DNA of 64,000 nucleotides from Bacteroidales bacterium. GTDB taxonomy: Bacteria; Bacteroidota; Bacteroidia; Bacteroidales; P3. Below are positions 29,263 to 38,522 of this stretch, in pieces. Positions within the stretch are counted from its first letter, which is position 1; each line of letters opens with the position of its first letter. The position numbers and the translations under genes are program-made. Location of the stretch: the NCBI GenBank assembly GCA_017441565.1, contig JAFRXG010000033.1, positions 9,728-73,727 of the forward strand. Direction: 5' to 3'. Under the pieces are notes generated by a model. It saw only the letters and a list, made by a program, of their open reading frames with translations. It did not search any database and was not told where the DNA came from.

Positions 29263-30059
29263 ACATCATCGTGACAGGAGCCACCGGTTCCATAGGGAAT
29301 GCCGCCGTGCAGATGCTCCGTAAAGAAGGTCACACCGTCATCGGCACCTCGCGCCGAGCCGAACACGATGGTTTCCGCCCTCTCGACATCAGCTCACCTG
29401 CCTCTATAGAAGCCTTTGTACGCTCACTTGCCTCCGACAATATCCGCATCGACGGTCTCCTCAACAACGCAGGCACCATGCAGCGCCATTATCGCACCAC
29501 CCCGGAGGGTCACGAACTGGTCACCGCCACCAACTACCTTGGCACATACCTCCTCACCCGCAGCCTACTGCCACTCATGAATCCTGGTGCCCATATCGTC
29601 TTCACCATATCCCTCTCCTGCCACATCGCACATCTTGACGACCATTTCCTCACTCCCGACCCCGTCCATTACAGCCAGCTACTCACCTATGCCAACAGCA
29701 AAATGGCAGTGATGCTCTTTGCCGAAGAACTTCACCGCCGCATGGGACAATCTTTCGTAATCCACCTCACCGACCCTGGCATCGTGAACAGCCGCATGAT
29801 ACACCTCGACCGCTGGTTCGACCCCCTCACCGACCTTATATTCCGCCCTTTCACCCTTACCCCCCAACAAGGTGCGGTGCCAGCCGTCAACGCACTGCTG
29901 CACACATCTCCTGCCGTCCCCCAAACAGACACCTTGCAACAGCCTGCACCACTGCTGCTCTTCCATAGCCACGGGCACAGCCTCCTCCCTCACCATTGGC
30001 AAAACCCACAGCAGGCTCAATGGTTATGGGAAGAAACAGAAAAACTTCTTTTCAAGTAA
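29259..30059 (+). CDS. SDR-family oxidoreductase
   Basis: VTGATGSIG, NNAGTM and YANSKMA, with an ATGA overlap with the preceding SDR. Confidence 0.8.
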   Translation: MNIIVTGATGSIGNAAVQMLRKEGHTVIGTSRRAEHDGFRPLDISSPASIEAFVRSLASDNIRIDGLLNNAGTMQRHYRTTPEGHELVTATNYLGTYLLTRSLLPLMNPGAHIVFTISLSCHIAHLDDHFLTPDPVHYSQLLTYANSKMAVMLFAEELHRRMGQSFVIHLTDPGIVNSRMIHLDRWFDPLTDLIFRPFTLTPQQGAVPAVNALLHTSPAVPQTDTLQQPAPLLLFHSHGHSLLPHHWQNPQQAQWLWEETEKLLFK

Positions 30060-30079
30060 ACATAGTGACGACACCCGCC

Positions 30080-31198
30080 CTACTGCGCAGCTCTTTCAAC
30101 CGGGTTGGCATAGAGGGTGAGAAACTGCTGACGCAGTGTTTCCATACCGATGCCGTCAACCGCAGGCATTTGCGACATATGGTCGATGAAAGCCTCTTTT
30201 TGAAGAGACGTATAGTGGCCCGCATAACGCATGCCCCCATGCAGCAGGTCATACGCCACATAGTTGGTGGGCATCAAGTGGTAGCCATCACTGATGCGGC
30301 TGGTGAGCAACTGGGCCAGCTGCTCTGCCAATGCGCTGCCTCCATCGGGCAGGGAACGTAGATCGTCGGCATCGATAGGTTTGTTAAACGAAATGTATAC
30401 CTGCCCCTTGGGCGAACGGATGCCGGTGAGGATGCTCACCAGGTCCTCGCCCATTTGCTTGGTGTAGCTGCCCTGCTGACGCGTCAGGCAGACCTCGCGC
30501 ACCTTAAGGAAATCGCAGGGTTCCCACTCGTAGGATATTGTAACGGGCACGATACGCAGCGAGCTGTAGGTCTCGGCTGTAGGTCTTGAATCGTAGAGGC
30601 CTAGCATCTTGACCAACGCCACCTCGGTCTGGTCGTTGCCGTCCTTAGTACGACCGTTGCGTTGGGCTATCCACACCGACTCATGCCTATCAGCCAGCAC
30701 ATGCCTCATATACAGCGACACATGGCGGAGGTTGGTGTAGAACTCTTTGGGGCTGCCTCCCCGCTCCACCTTGAACATACGGTTACACCTGCCAATGTCC
30801 GTCACCACAGGATGGCTCATCAGGTTAGCCCCAAAGGTAATCTGAATCGGAGGGAAGCTGTGAAGATACATCACATATACCAACAGATTGGCATCCAACA
30901 CTATGTCGCGGTGGTTCGACACAAAGAGATAGTTCTGTCCAGGGGCAAGTTGCTCCACCCCTGAATAAGTGAACTGGGTTATCGTTGTGTCTATGACATG
31001 TTTGATAAGGTCATACATGATAGTGCTCTGCAGCTGTTCGATGGTCTTGATAGCCACGAAGTTTCCCTTCACCTGTTCCAATGGGGTTGAGGGGTAGAGA
31101 TAGGCTGCCACACTCTCAAACTCGGGGCTGCGGGCGATGCGTTGGAGTGCCTCACGCATCTCGCTGTCGTCATAGGGCCTTATATCGTCGAAATTCAT
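30080..31198 (-). CDS. PlsC/LPLAT-superfamily acyltransferase
   Basis: 372 aa with FVSNHRDIVLDANL (H..D block) and AQRNGRTKDG (motif-III-like). It is the last minus-strand gene after the ligase. Confidence 0.55.
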   Translation of the reverse strand: MNFDDIRPYDDSEMREALQRIARSPEFESVAAYLYPSTPLEQVKGNFVAIKTIEQLQSTIMYDLIKHVIDTTITQFTYSGVEQLAPGQNYLFVSNHRDIVLDANLLVYVMYLHSFPPIQITFGANLMSHPVVTDIGRCNRMFKVERGGSPKEFYTNLRHVSLYMRHVLADRHESVWIAQRNGRTKDGNDQTEVALVKMLGLYDSRPTAETYSSLRIVPVTISYEWEPCDFLKVREVCLTRQQGSYTKQMGEDLVSILTGIRSPKGQVYISFNKPIDADDLRSLPDGGSALAEQLAQLLTSRISDGYHLMPTNYVAYDLLHGGMRYAGHYTSLQKEAFIDHMSQMPAVDGIGMETLRQQFLTLYANPVERAAQ

Positions 31199-31287
31199 GC
31201 TTTAAATGTACTGTTTACAAGTAGGGGACCATGTTTGAAAAAAGCGTTAGTCGATTTACGCATTATTGCACATACACTTTCAGACTC

Positions 31288-32583
31288 CTAAGAGCGCAGG
31301 TCGATAAACTTGACCGGTTTGCGGCTCTTGGGAGGGAATACTATCTGCCTGATTTGTTCCGATGGGAGCACCTCAATCTCTGGAGCCACCCTGATGCGTG
31401 AGCGGAAACTATCCTTGAGAGTCTTCACCACATCAAAATCAGGGGTGTGTTCCAGTGCTATCTTCACCACCACGTCGTCGGTTCCTGCATCGTTGGTCCT
31501 CACCTCCACAACATAGTTCTCCACATAGTCGGTATTGTCCAACACATCGTTAATGGCTGGCGGATAGAGTGTGGTGCCCTTCAACTTAATCATATTGTTC
31601 TTACGGCCCAGCAGCGGTGTGAGGCGGTAGGAGTTGCGACCGCAGGGGCATTGCTCCACCCGCTTGGCAGCAATGTCACCCGTGCGGAATCTCAGCAGCG
31701 GCATACCCTCAACCCCCAACGTGGTCACCACCACTTCGCCCGACTCCCCGTCGGCCACCGGCAGGTCGTCGTCGCCTATTATCTCCACTATAATTAACTC
31801 CGGGTGTACATGGCCGCCCATGCCGTAGGGGCATTCCGAGAACGTAGCCCCCATCTCGGTCGACGAATAGGTGGCAAACAGCTGCACGTCCCATTTCTCT
31901 TTGATGCGGCGACCTAGGAGGTTGAGACTGAAATCCTGCTCGCGCAGCCCTTCTCCGATGCCTATGATGCGGCGTATGCTGCTGTTGCGATAATCTATCT
32001 GGTGCGCTTCGGCATACTGGACCAGTTTCAATATAAACGAAGGCACACACATAATCGTGTCGGGCTGAAGACGGCGTATCGTGTCCCACTGCAATTCGGG
32101 GATGCCGTTACCCACACGTATCACCGATGCCCCCAACTCGCGCAGACCGAGGAAGTACGCAAGCCCCGCCATAAAACGTTTGTCGAGCGTCGTCATCAGT
32201 TGCACGATGTCGCCAGGTCTCACACCGGCACAGGCAAAAGACTTCTTTTCATTATACGCCAGCCGCTGGAGATCTTTCTCCGTGCAGCCGAAGGTCACTG
32301 GGTCGCCCAGCGTGCCCGACGTGGTAATGTAGTCGATGATGCGCTCACGCGGGCAGCAGCGGAAGTCGTCGTTAAACAGCTGTAGGTCCTTCTTCTCAGT
32401 GAATGGGATGCGCGTAAGGTCTTCGAGGTACTTGATTTTATGTATATCAATTCCATAGCTGGAAAACATGCGCCGATAGTAAGGCGAATGAGCCTCCAAG
32501 TAGGCCAACGCATCGGCCAGCTTCGCCTCCTGAAAGCGTTTGATTTGTTCGGGGGACTGGTATTCTATGTCTGAATTCATCAT
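31288..32583 (-). CDS. phenylacetate-CoA ligase / F390-synthetase family adenylating enzyme
   Basis: 431 aa with TSGTLGDP (the AMP-binding P-loop analogue), YSSTEMG and FRTGD. Confidence 0.8.
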   Translation of the reverse strand: MMNSDIEYQSPEQIKRFQEAKLADALAYLEAHSPYYRRMFSSYGIDIHKIKYLEDLTRIPFTEKKDLQLFNDDFRCCPRERIIDYITTSGTLGDPVTFGCTEKDLQRLAYNEKKSFACAGVRPGDIVQLMTTLDKRFMAGLAYFLGLRELGASVIRVGNGIPELQWDTIRRLQPDTIMCVPSFILKLVQYAEAHQIDYRNSSIRRIIGIGEGLREQDFSLNLLGRRIKEKWDVQLFATYSSTEMGATFSECPYGMGGHVHPELIIVEIIGDDDLPVADGESGEVVVTTLGVEGMPLLRFRTGDIAAKRVEQCPCGRNSYRLTPLLGRKNNMIKLKGTTLYPPAINDVLDNTDYVENYVVEVRTNDAGTDDVVVKIALEHTPDFDVVKTLKDSFRSRIRVAPEIEVLPSEQIRQIVFPPKSRKPVKFIDLRS

Positions 32584-32586
32584 AAT

Positions 32587-32760
32587 TTGATTGTTTGATT
32601 GTTTGATTGCTTGAATAATTGGTTAGAGGTTAGAGGGGGCGGCAGCAAATTCTCAATTCTCAATTCATAAGGCGGCAGCAAATTCTCAATTCTCAATTCA
32701 TAAGGGGCGGCAGCACTCAAGCATTAACACAATCAAGCAATCAAGCAATATCTTTTATTT
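32587..32760. repeat. composite intergenic repeat, copy A (contains a 33-bp tandem duplication and TIR-like arms)
   Basis: Colinear with 35363..35515, sharing gattgcttgaataattggttag...ggcggcagcaaattctcaattctcaatt...cagcactcaagcatta.cacaatcaagcaatca..caatatcttttattt. The internal 33-nt unit ggcggcagcaaattctcaattctcaattcataa occurs at 32638 and 32671. Confidence 0.85.
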
Positions 32761-32821
32761 TTAGTAGTTAGTAACGCATAAACACATTCTTTATTATAGA
32801 CTCAAAAAAATAAATAGGGGG

Positions 32822-33667
32822 TTACCATAACTGACCCAGCCATCGAAGGAACTCGTATTTCCACCCCCGCGATTCGGGGGTGCCGTACACGTCGCTCACT
32901 CCAAAACCATGACGGCCGTGCCTATACTGCAGAAAACGGTGGCTGATGCCCTTGGCAGCCAGTGTGTCGGCCAGCATCTGGGCGTTGTGATAATCCACTA
33001 TGGGATCGTCGACACAGTTCACCAAAAATATCGGCGGGACATCCTGCGGCACCTGACGTTCTATTGAGAGCTGTTCGCGCAAATCCTTGTCATACTGGCC
33101 CCATTCACCCATCAGCCCCCTGCGCGAACGCTTGTGGACATACTCTCCCGTCATAGTCACCACCGGATATATTGCGGCCACGAAAGCCGGTCTCTGCCCC
33201 GTGGTGGTCACAGCCTGGCCTAGCACCAGATGTCCGCCAGCCGAAAAACCCATCATTCCTATACGGGCGGTGTCTATGCCATACTCTGCCGCATGGTCTG
33301 CCACCCAGCGCAACGCCTTCTGACCATCGTCATACATATCGGGGTGGCGCACTCCCCTGCACACGAGGCGGTAATGGGTGTACCACGCCCACCATCCCGG
33401 CACTCGGTACTTGAGCACAAAGGCCGATACCCCATGACTTTGAAGCCACTGGGCCACCTCTATGCCCTCGCCCATATAGTCAAGCCAGAAGTAGCTGCCC
33501 CCCGGACACACCACTACTGCTGTCCGCGACCCCTCGGTCACGTACGGTGTGATGGTCACCTTGCTGGCTGCCCCCTCAGCCTCCGGCCATAGGGGGAACG
33601 CCTGTTGTCCTTGAAGCGGCTGACCAACCAGCCAGACCAAAAGCACACAAAGCAGACTCCGCCTCAT
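32822..33667 (-). CDS. secreted alpha/beta-hydrolase (esterase/lipase fold)
   Basis: 281 aa with signal peptide MRRSLLCVLLVWLVGQPLQGQ, the nucleophile elbow GFSAGGH, and a late D and H (DDPIV, HGFG). Confidence 0.8.
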   Translation of the reverse strand: MRRSLLCVLLVWLVGQPLQGQQAFPLWPEAEGAASKVTITPYVTEGSRTAVVVCPGGSYFWLDYMGEGIEVAQWLQSHGVSAFVLKYRVPGWWAWYTHYRLVCRGVRHPDMYDDGQKALRWVADHAAEYGIDTARIGMMGFSAGGHLVLGQAVTTTGQRPAFVAAIYPVVTMTGEYVHKRSRRGLMGEWGQYDKDLREQLSIERQVPQDVPPIFLVNCVDDPIVDYHNAQMLADTLAAKGISHRFLQYRHGRHGFGVSDVYGTPESRGWKYEFLRWLGQLW

Positions 33668-34029
33668 TGTCCACCAAGTATTTTCGCCACCTCGTCGCGT
33701 TCCAGACGGCGGTAGGCGGGCGGGTGTCCCTCATCGAAAGTCACCTCGAAATACTCCTCGTCGTAGAACGACAATTTGGAATTGGTGTCGGGATTACACT
33801 CCCAATAAACAATCTGGTTCACGTCCAGATGTTTCTGTTCGCAAATCTGCTCTGCCAACGAGCGCCCAGCATAGGTAACCGAGGTACCTGGGTTGTCCTG
33901 ATACAGCTCTGTCACTATGACATAGGTCCTGCCGTCAGCCTCCCTAATCTTCAGTCCGCAGGTCGAGGGCATGTCCCACTGTCCGCGGAAAGGGAATATC
34001 TCGTCGTAGTAAGTCTCTGATACTTTCAT
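33664..34029 (-). CDS. hypothetical 121-aa protein, translationally coupled on both sides
   Basis: ATGA overlaps at both ends (34026-34029 and 33664-33667). No motif was recognised. Confidence 0.6.
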   Translation of the reverse strand: MKVSETYYDEIFPFRGQWDMPSTCGLKIREADGRTYVIVTELYQDNPGTSVTYAGRSLAEQICEQKHLDVNQIVYWECNPDTNSKLSFYDEEYFEVTFDEGHPPAYRRLERDEVAKILGGQ

Positions 34030-35315
34030 TTCTTGGCAATATTACGTACATCATCCTTTCCAAACGACTTGTTGGCCAGTGCGCGATTGCGTGGGCGGTA
34101 GGTGCCGTCTTCCATCTCGCGGGCCACCACGTTGTAAAAAAGCTTGAACATCTTCTGCTCCTGGCTCTCGGTCGCATAGAAGCTCCTCCACGCATAGTCA
34201 TACAAATCCTGCAACCGTTCGGGCGACATATGCTGGGGCTGGAACACCACCTGACCAGCATTGTAGTGGTCCCAGTCGAAATCGAAAATGCGTCCCTGCC
34301 GCAGCAGGTCGTCATAGGCCTTTGTATGAGGGAACGGGGTGAGCACGGTGAACTCCGCCAAGTCCAGGTCTATCTCGCCCAAGAAGTCGATGAGCCGCTT
34401 GCAGTCATCCTCCGTCTGGTTGTCCAATCCCAGCAGGATGGTGCCTTCCACCCCGATGCCGTAGTCGTGATAGCGTTTCACACGTTCTTTGATATAGTCC
34501 GACGTGTCGTACACAGCCTGGTAGACATACCATGCTCCTGCCTTAGAGGCAAGGTCCAGCACCACAGGGTCGTCCTCTATCGTGTGGCTAATCCATTTTT
34601 TCTTCAGGGGGGCAATAGCTTTGAACAGTTCCATCTCCCACTCCTTATTCTGGGCGAGCGAGTTGTCGACGATAAAGAGGCGGTTGTTGTCGATGGCTGC
34701 CATATCCTCCACCACCTTGTCGATGGGGCGTGGGCGGAACTTGCGACCGCCGAGATAGGAGACGGCACACGGGTAGCAGCTGAAACGGCAGCCGCGCGAA
34801 GCATGGAAGAGGTCTACCATCTGAACGCCCTTGTGGTTATAGAGGTGGCGTTTGTAGAGATCGCGTCTGCAGGGCCCCACGGTTTCGATGGGCGGCATCT
34901 GACCCATGTAGTTATACACTTTCTTGAGGTGTCCGCATCGCCAGTCTTCGAAAACCTGTTCCTGTCGCCCCTCCGACTCCCCGAGGAACACCGAATCCAC
35001 ATGTTGCACCATCTCTTCAGCATGGAGCATGGTGGAGATGCCGCCGGCCATTACCTGCTTGCCTCTGCGATGGTATTCGTCGGCTATGGCCCAACCGCGC
35101 TTCACCTGCGTGCTCAGCATCATCGAGAGTGCCACCACGTCGCAGTCGTCGTCAAAGTCTATCTCCTCCACATTTTCATCCACAAATGAGACCTCCACAT
35201 AGTCTGGCAGCGTGGCAGCAAACGCCACCGGCCCATGAGGGGGCAGGTTGAAGGTGGTCTGCCCACGCAACTTCTGCCATCGGGGGTAAATGAGTTTTAA
35301 TTTTATTCTGTCCAT
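34026..35315 (-). CDS. B12-binding-domain radical SAM protein (class B)
   Basis: 429 aa with an N-terminal Rossmann-like B12 domain (DVVALSMMLST..., MAGGI) and the CxxxCxxC cluster CRFSCYPC. Confidence 0.85.
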   Translation of the reverse strand: MDRIKLKLIYPRWQKLRGQTTFNLPPHGPVAFAATLPDYVEVSFVDENVEEIDFDDDCDVVALSMMLSTQVKRGWAIADEYHRRGKQVMAGGISTMLHAEEMVQHVDSVFLGESEGRQEQVFEDWRCGHLKKVYNYMGQMPPIETVGPCRRDLYKRHLYNHKGVQMVDLFHASRGCRFSCYPCAVSYLGGRKFRPRPIDKVVEDMAAIDNNRLFIVDNSLAQNKEWEMELFKAIAPLKKKWISHTIEDDPVVLDLASKAGAWYVYQAVYDTSDYIKERVKRYHDYGIGVEGTILLGLDNQTEDDCKRLIDFLGEIDLDLAEFTVLTPFPHTKAYDDLLRQGRIFDFDWDHYNAGQVVFQPQHMSPERLQDLYDYAWRSFYATESQEQKMFKLFYNVVAREMEDGTYRPRNRALANKSFGKDDVRNIAKK

Positions 35316-35362
35316 ATTCTTGAATGTTTGAATGCTTGATTGTTTGATTGTTTGAGTAACTA

Positions 35363-35515
35363 TTGATTGCTTGATTGTTTGATTGCTTGAATAATTGGTT
35401 AGGGGTTAGAGGTTAAAGGGGGCGGCAGCAAATTCTCAATTCTCAATTCTCAATTCATAAGGCGTCAGCACTCAAGCATTAGCACAATCAAGCAATCAAA
35501 CAATATCTTTTATTT
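35363..35515. repeat. composite intergenic repeat, copy B
   Basis: See copy A. It has 3 rather than 2 copies of ctcaatt and no 33-bp duplication. Its last 17 nt are the final codons (...IKDIV) of 35496..38522. Confidence 0.85.
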
Positions 35516-38500
35516 CCCTTCGCAACGTGCTGTCGCCTAGCAGGGCTTCGGCGGTGGCTATGGCGGTGACGGCCACACCGCACATGCCGTGCAGGTTCAC
35601 GTCCTGCCCTGTGAGGAAGAGGTTGCGCACTTTGGTACGCACTGCGAGCTGCGTCTGCATCATGTTGTTGCAGTCTTTATGGAGACCATACATGCCGCAG
35701 TGCCGGTTGCCCAGATAGTCGCGGATGGTCAGCGGCGATGAGGCCTCTACCCCTTCGACATGGCTGCGCAGGCCTGGCATCAGCACTTCCAGCAGCATCA
35801 GCACCCGGTCGACACACGCCTGCTTCCACTTCAGATAGGCTTCGCCCCTGTGTCCTATGGTGGTCGCTTCCCACTGGGCCACCCATTCGTATGTCATCGG
35901 GCATATCACGGTCATTGACTGTGCAAACGCTGGCTCCTGCTGCGAGGCCTGCATCAGGACCATGGCGCAGCGGGGCCATACATCCTCAGATGCCGCAGCA
36001 CAGTCCCACACCGCCCTATTGTCAGCGGCATAGTACAGCGGGCTGGGCCGGTGGGGCTGCGAGGAGGGTTTGAAACGCACGTATAGCTTAAAGGCCGAAT
36101 AGCTGTCGGGAGCTTCCTCCAACCGCTGACGATATGAGCGTGGGAAGGCATTCGGTGGCGACAGGGCAAGGAGGGTGTGAATTGGCAGGTCGCTCACATA
36201 GTTATCGGCCCGGTAGGTCCTTCCGGCCGACGTAAGCACATGGCCGATACGGTGGTCCTCCACCGTGAAACCCGTCACTGCCTCGTTCACCCGTATGGTG
36301 CCGCCACCGTCGCATATCATACGTGCCAGCACCTCTGCCATCTGGCTGCTCCTCTCGGCGAACTGCGCAGTCCCCTCAATATGCAATATGTTGACCAACG
36401 CATGGACATAAGCGGGCGTTTCGTCCCACACGCCCCCATATAGGGGAGCCAGATAGGATAACGCCGCCCGCAGGTCGGCATCGGATATGTAATGTTCGAT
36501 GAATCTGCCCACCGGCCACAAAAATTCCTCACTGTGGCTCAGTGGCGTATGCTCCTCGTCGCGCAAATAGAAGAGGTCTTCCTCCTGTGACAGCCTGTAT
36601 AGTGCGTCCACATAACGGCGTATGCCGTCGGCCTCATGCGGGAAGAGGTGGCTGAAATAGTCTACAAAGGCCTCACGGCCACGTGGTATGCAATAATGAA
36701 CGCCCGTAGGCGACACCACCACCTCGTCTACGCTGCCCTCGCCCGACAGGCGGAGGTCCAGCTGTCCCATGACACCCAGATAGGAACATATCCGTTCCAT
36801 CAGTCCGCCCTTCTGAAAGCCACCAAACACGTGCATTCCCGTTGCGAAACTGATGCCGCCACGCGTAAACGAACAGAGCCCGCCGCCCACTGCGTGGTGG
36901 CGTTCCAGCAGGGTCACGCGCTGCCCCTTCTTCGTCAGCAGGGCACCAACCAGCAGTCCGCCCAGTCCTCCGCCCATCACCAAAGTGGTGGGCCCGGTAG
37001 GCTGCTCATGCCTACCCACTGCCACCATCTGCCGTGTCACCGCCTCATCGCCCAAGATATGGCTACACACCTTCAGCACCCCCACCAGCACTCCCAACAT
37101 ACCGTGGGCATTGATATTCTGTCCCACCAGCAGCACATTGGGTATCTTGGTGCGGTAGTCCACCCGGCCAGCCAACCCTTTCCTCACGTCCCTTTCCAGT
37201 CCGTACATCGACCCATCGGGGGTCAGCGTATAATCACGATAGGTGAGCGGGGTGGCGGTATAATAGCTTGCTATATGACTGCCGATGCCGGGGAAGTCCT
37301 TTTCCAACGCAGCCAGCAGCCTCATCGCCTTGCGCTGTTTGAAATCCTCATAGCTGCTGCCGCGCCTGCCTGTAAGCGTGTCGTGCCACTGGGCCAGTTC
37401 GCTAGCGGACATATATGCGAGCACCACACCGCTGTCGGCCCACTGGGGATGGGGCTGATGGCAATGGTGCATATACAGATAGCCCCTCGGCCAGTCCTCT
37501 TCGGTGTACGATGCCATCTCCCACGGCGACGCACAGGCAAAGCCGTAATAGTTATGGTTCATATACGGCATGCTCTGAGGCTTGAACTTGACAAACAGCG
37601 AGAAGGCCGACGTGGTGTTTGTCATCGTGCCGATGCGCGAATGGTACACAGGGCGCAGCTCATGTTCCTCAAACCAGTCCTTCAGCTGGCTGGGATGCAC
37701 GTCGCTCACCACCACATCAGCGGGCAGCATAGTGCCGTTTTCCAGCACCACACCTTGCGCGCGTCCCCCCGAGCAGCGGACCTTCACCACACGGCTGTTC
37801 GTACGCACCGTACCCCCAGCACCGCACAGCACTTCCACCAGTGCGTCCGCTATCGTCTCGCTGCCTCCCACAATCCTGAATGCGCTGTTGTTGTAAAAAT
37901 TGGCTATGAAGGCGCAGGTGGAGAAGGGTGTCACCCCGCGCCGCGCGGCATACAACGATATGTTGCCCATCAGCACCTCTCGCAGCAGCGGGTCGCCGAT
38001 GACGGATTCCAGCACTTCGTCCACAGGTGTAGAAAACAGGCGGTACGACGGGAAATCGCCTGCCTTTGTCCGCACCTCGTCGTGGCCGTCGGGCAGACGG
38101 TAGTAGGGCGACGACTGCGCCACGCTGTCCGCCAGCTGCCAGAAGAGCCACAGCCCCTCGCGCTCATGGGGGAAACGCTCCGCCAGTGCCTCCACCATCG
38201 GCTCGTGCCCGTTGGCAAAGGCAAAACGCTCGCCTTGGAGGCCCACCACGTCATATCCCTTGGTGTCCAACCGGTCGAAGGTCAGCCGTCCTCCGATTCC
38301 AAAATAGTTGAGGTAATGCCTCAACACCTGTCCTTCGTCGAGGCTGCCCACAAAATGCATGCCCGTCTCGAACCGTGACCCCTCGCGGCTGAAGCACTGC
38401 AGACATCCACCCACACGGTGCGACTGCTCCACCACCGTCACCTCATAGCCCTCGCGGGCCAGCACGGCGGCGGTGGCCAAGCCGCCCAGTCCGCTGCCTA

Positions 38501-38522
38501 TCACCACACACCGGCTCTTCAT
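35496..38522 (-). CDS. tandem fusion of two phytoene-desaturase-family (CrtI/CrtD-like) FAD-dependent oxidoreductase modules
   Basis: Two dinucleotide-binding motifs, VVIGSGLGGLATA...VEQ...GG near the N-terminus and LVMGGGLGGLLVG...LER...GG near residue 525. Each is followed by about 480 aa of colinear sequence. The start is placed at the ATG at 38522 (MKSRC), which forms an ATGA overlap with the upstream stop. Confidence 0.75.
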   Translation of the reverse strand: MKSRCVVIGSGLGGLATAAVLAREGYEVTVVEQSHRVGGCLQCFSREGSRFETGMHFVGSLDEGQVLRHYLNYFGIGGRLTFDRLDTKGYDVVGLQGERFAFANGHEPMVEALAERFPHEREGLWLFWQLADSVAQSSPYYRLPDGHDEVRTKAGDFPSYRLFSTPVDEVLESVIGDPLLREVLMGNISLYAARRGVTPFSTCAFIANFYNNSAFRIVGGSETIADALVEVLCGAGGTVRTNSRVVKVRCSGGRAQGVVLENGTMLPADVVVSDVHPSQLKDWFEEHELRPVYHSRIGTMTNTTSAFSLFVKFKPQSMPYMNHNYYGFACASPWEMASYTEEDWPRGYLYMHHCHQPHPQWADSGVVLAYMSASELAQWHDTLTGRRGSSYEDFKQRKAMRLLAALEKDFPGIGSHIASYYTATPLTYRDYTLTPDGSMYGLERDVRKGLAGRVDYRTKIPNVLLVGQNINAHGMLGVLVGVLKVCSHILGDEAVTRQMVAVGRHEQPTGPTTLVMGGGLGGLLVGALLTKKGQRVTLLERHHAVGGGLCSFTRGGISFATGMHVFGGFQKGGLMERICSYLGVMGQLDLRLSGEGSVDEVVVSPTGVHYCIPRGREAFVDYFSHLFPHEADGIRRYVDALYRLSQEEDLFYLRDEEHTPLSHSEEFLWPVGRFIEHYISDADLRAALSYLAPLYGGVWDETPAYVHALVNILHIEGTAQFAERSSQMAEVLARMICDGGGTIRVNEAVTGFTVEDHRIGHVLTSAGRTYRADNYVSDLPIHTLLALSPPNAFPRSYRQRLEEAPDSYSAFKLYVRFKPSSQPHRPSPLYYAADNRAVWDCAAASEDVWPRCAMVLMQASQQEPAFAQSMTVICPMTYEWVAQWEATTIGHRGEAYLKWKQACVDRVLMLLEVLMPGLRSHVEGVEASSPLTIRDYLGNRHCGMYGLHKDCNNMMQTQLAVRTKVRNLFLTGQDVNLHGMCGVAVTAIATAEALLGDSTLRREIKDIV

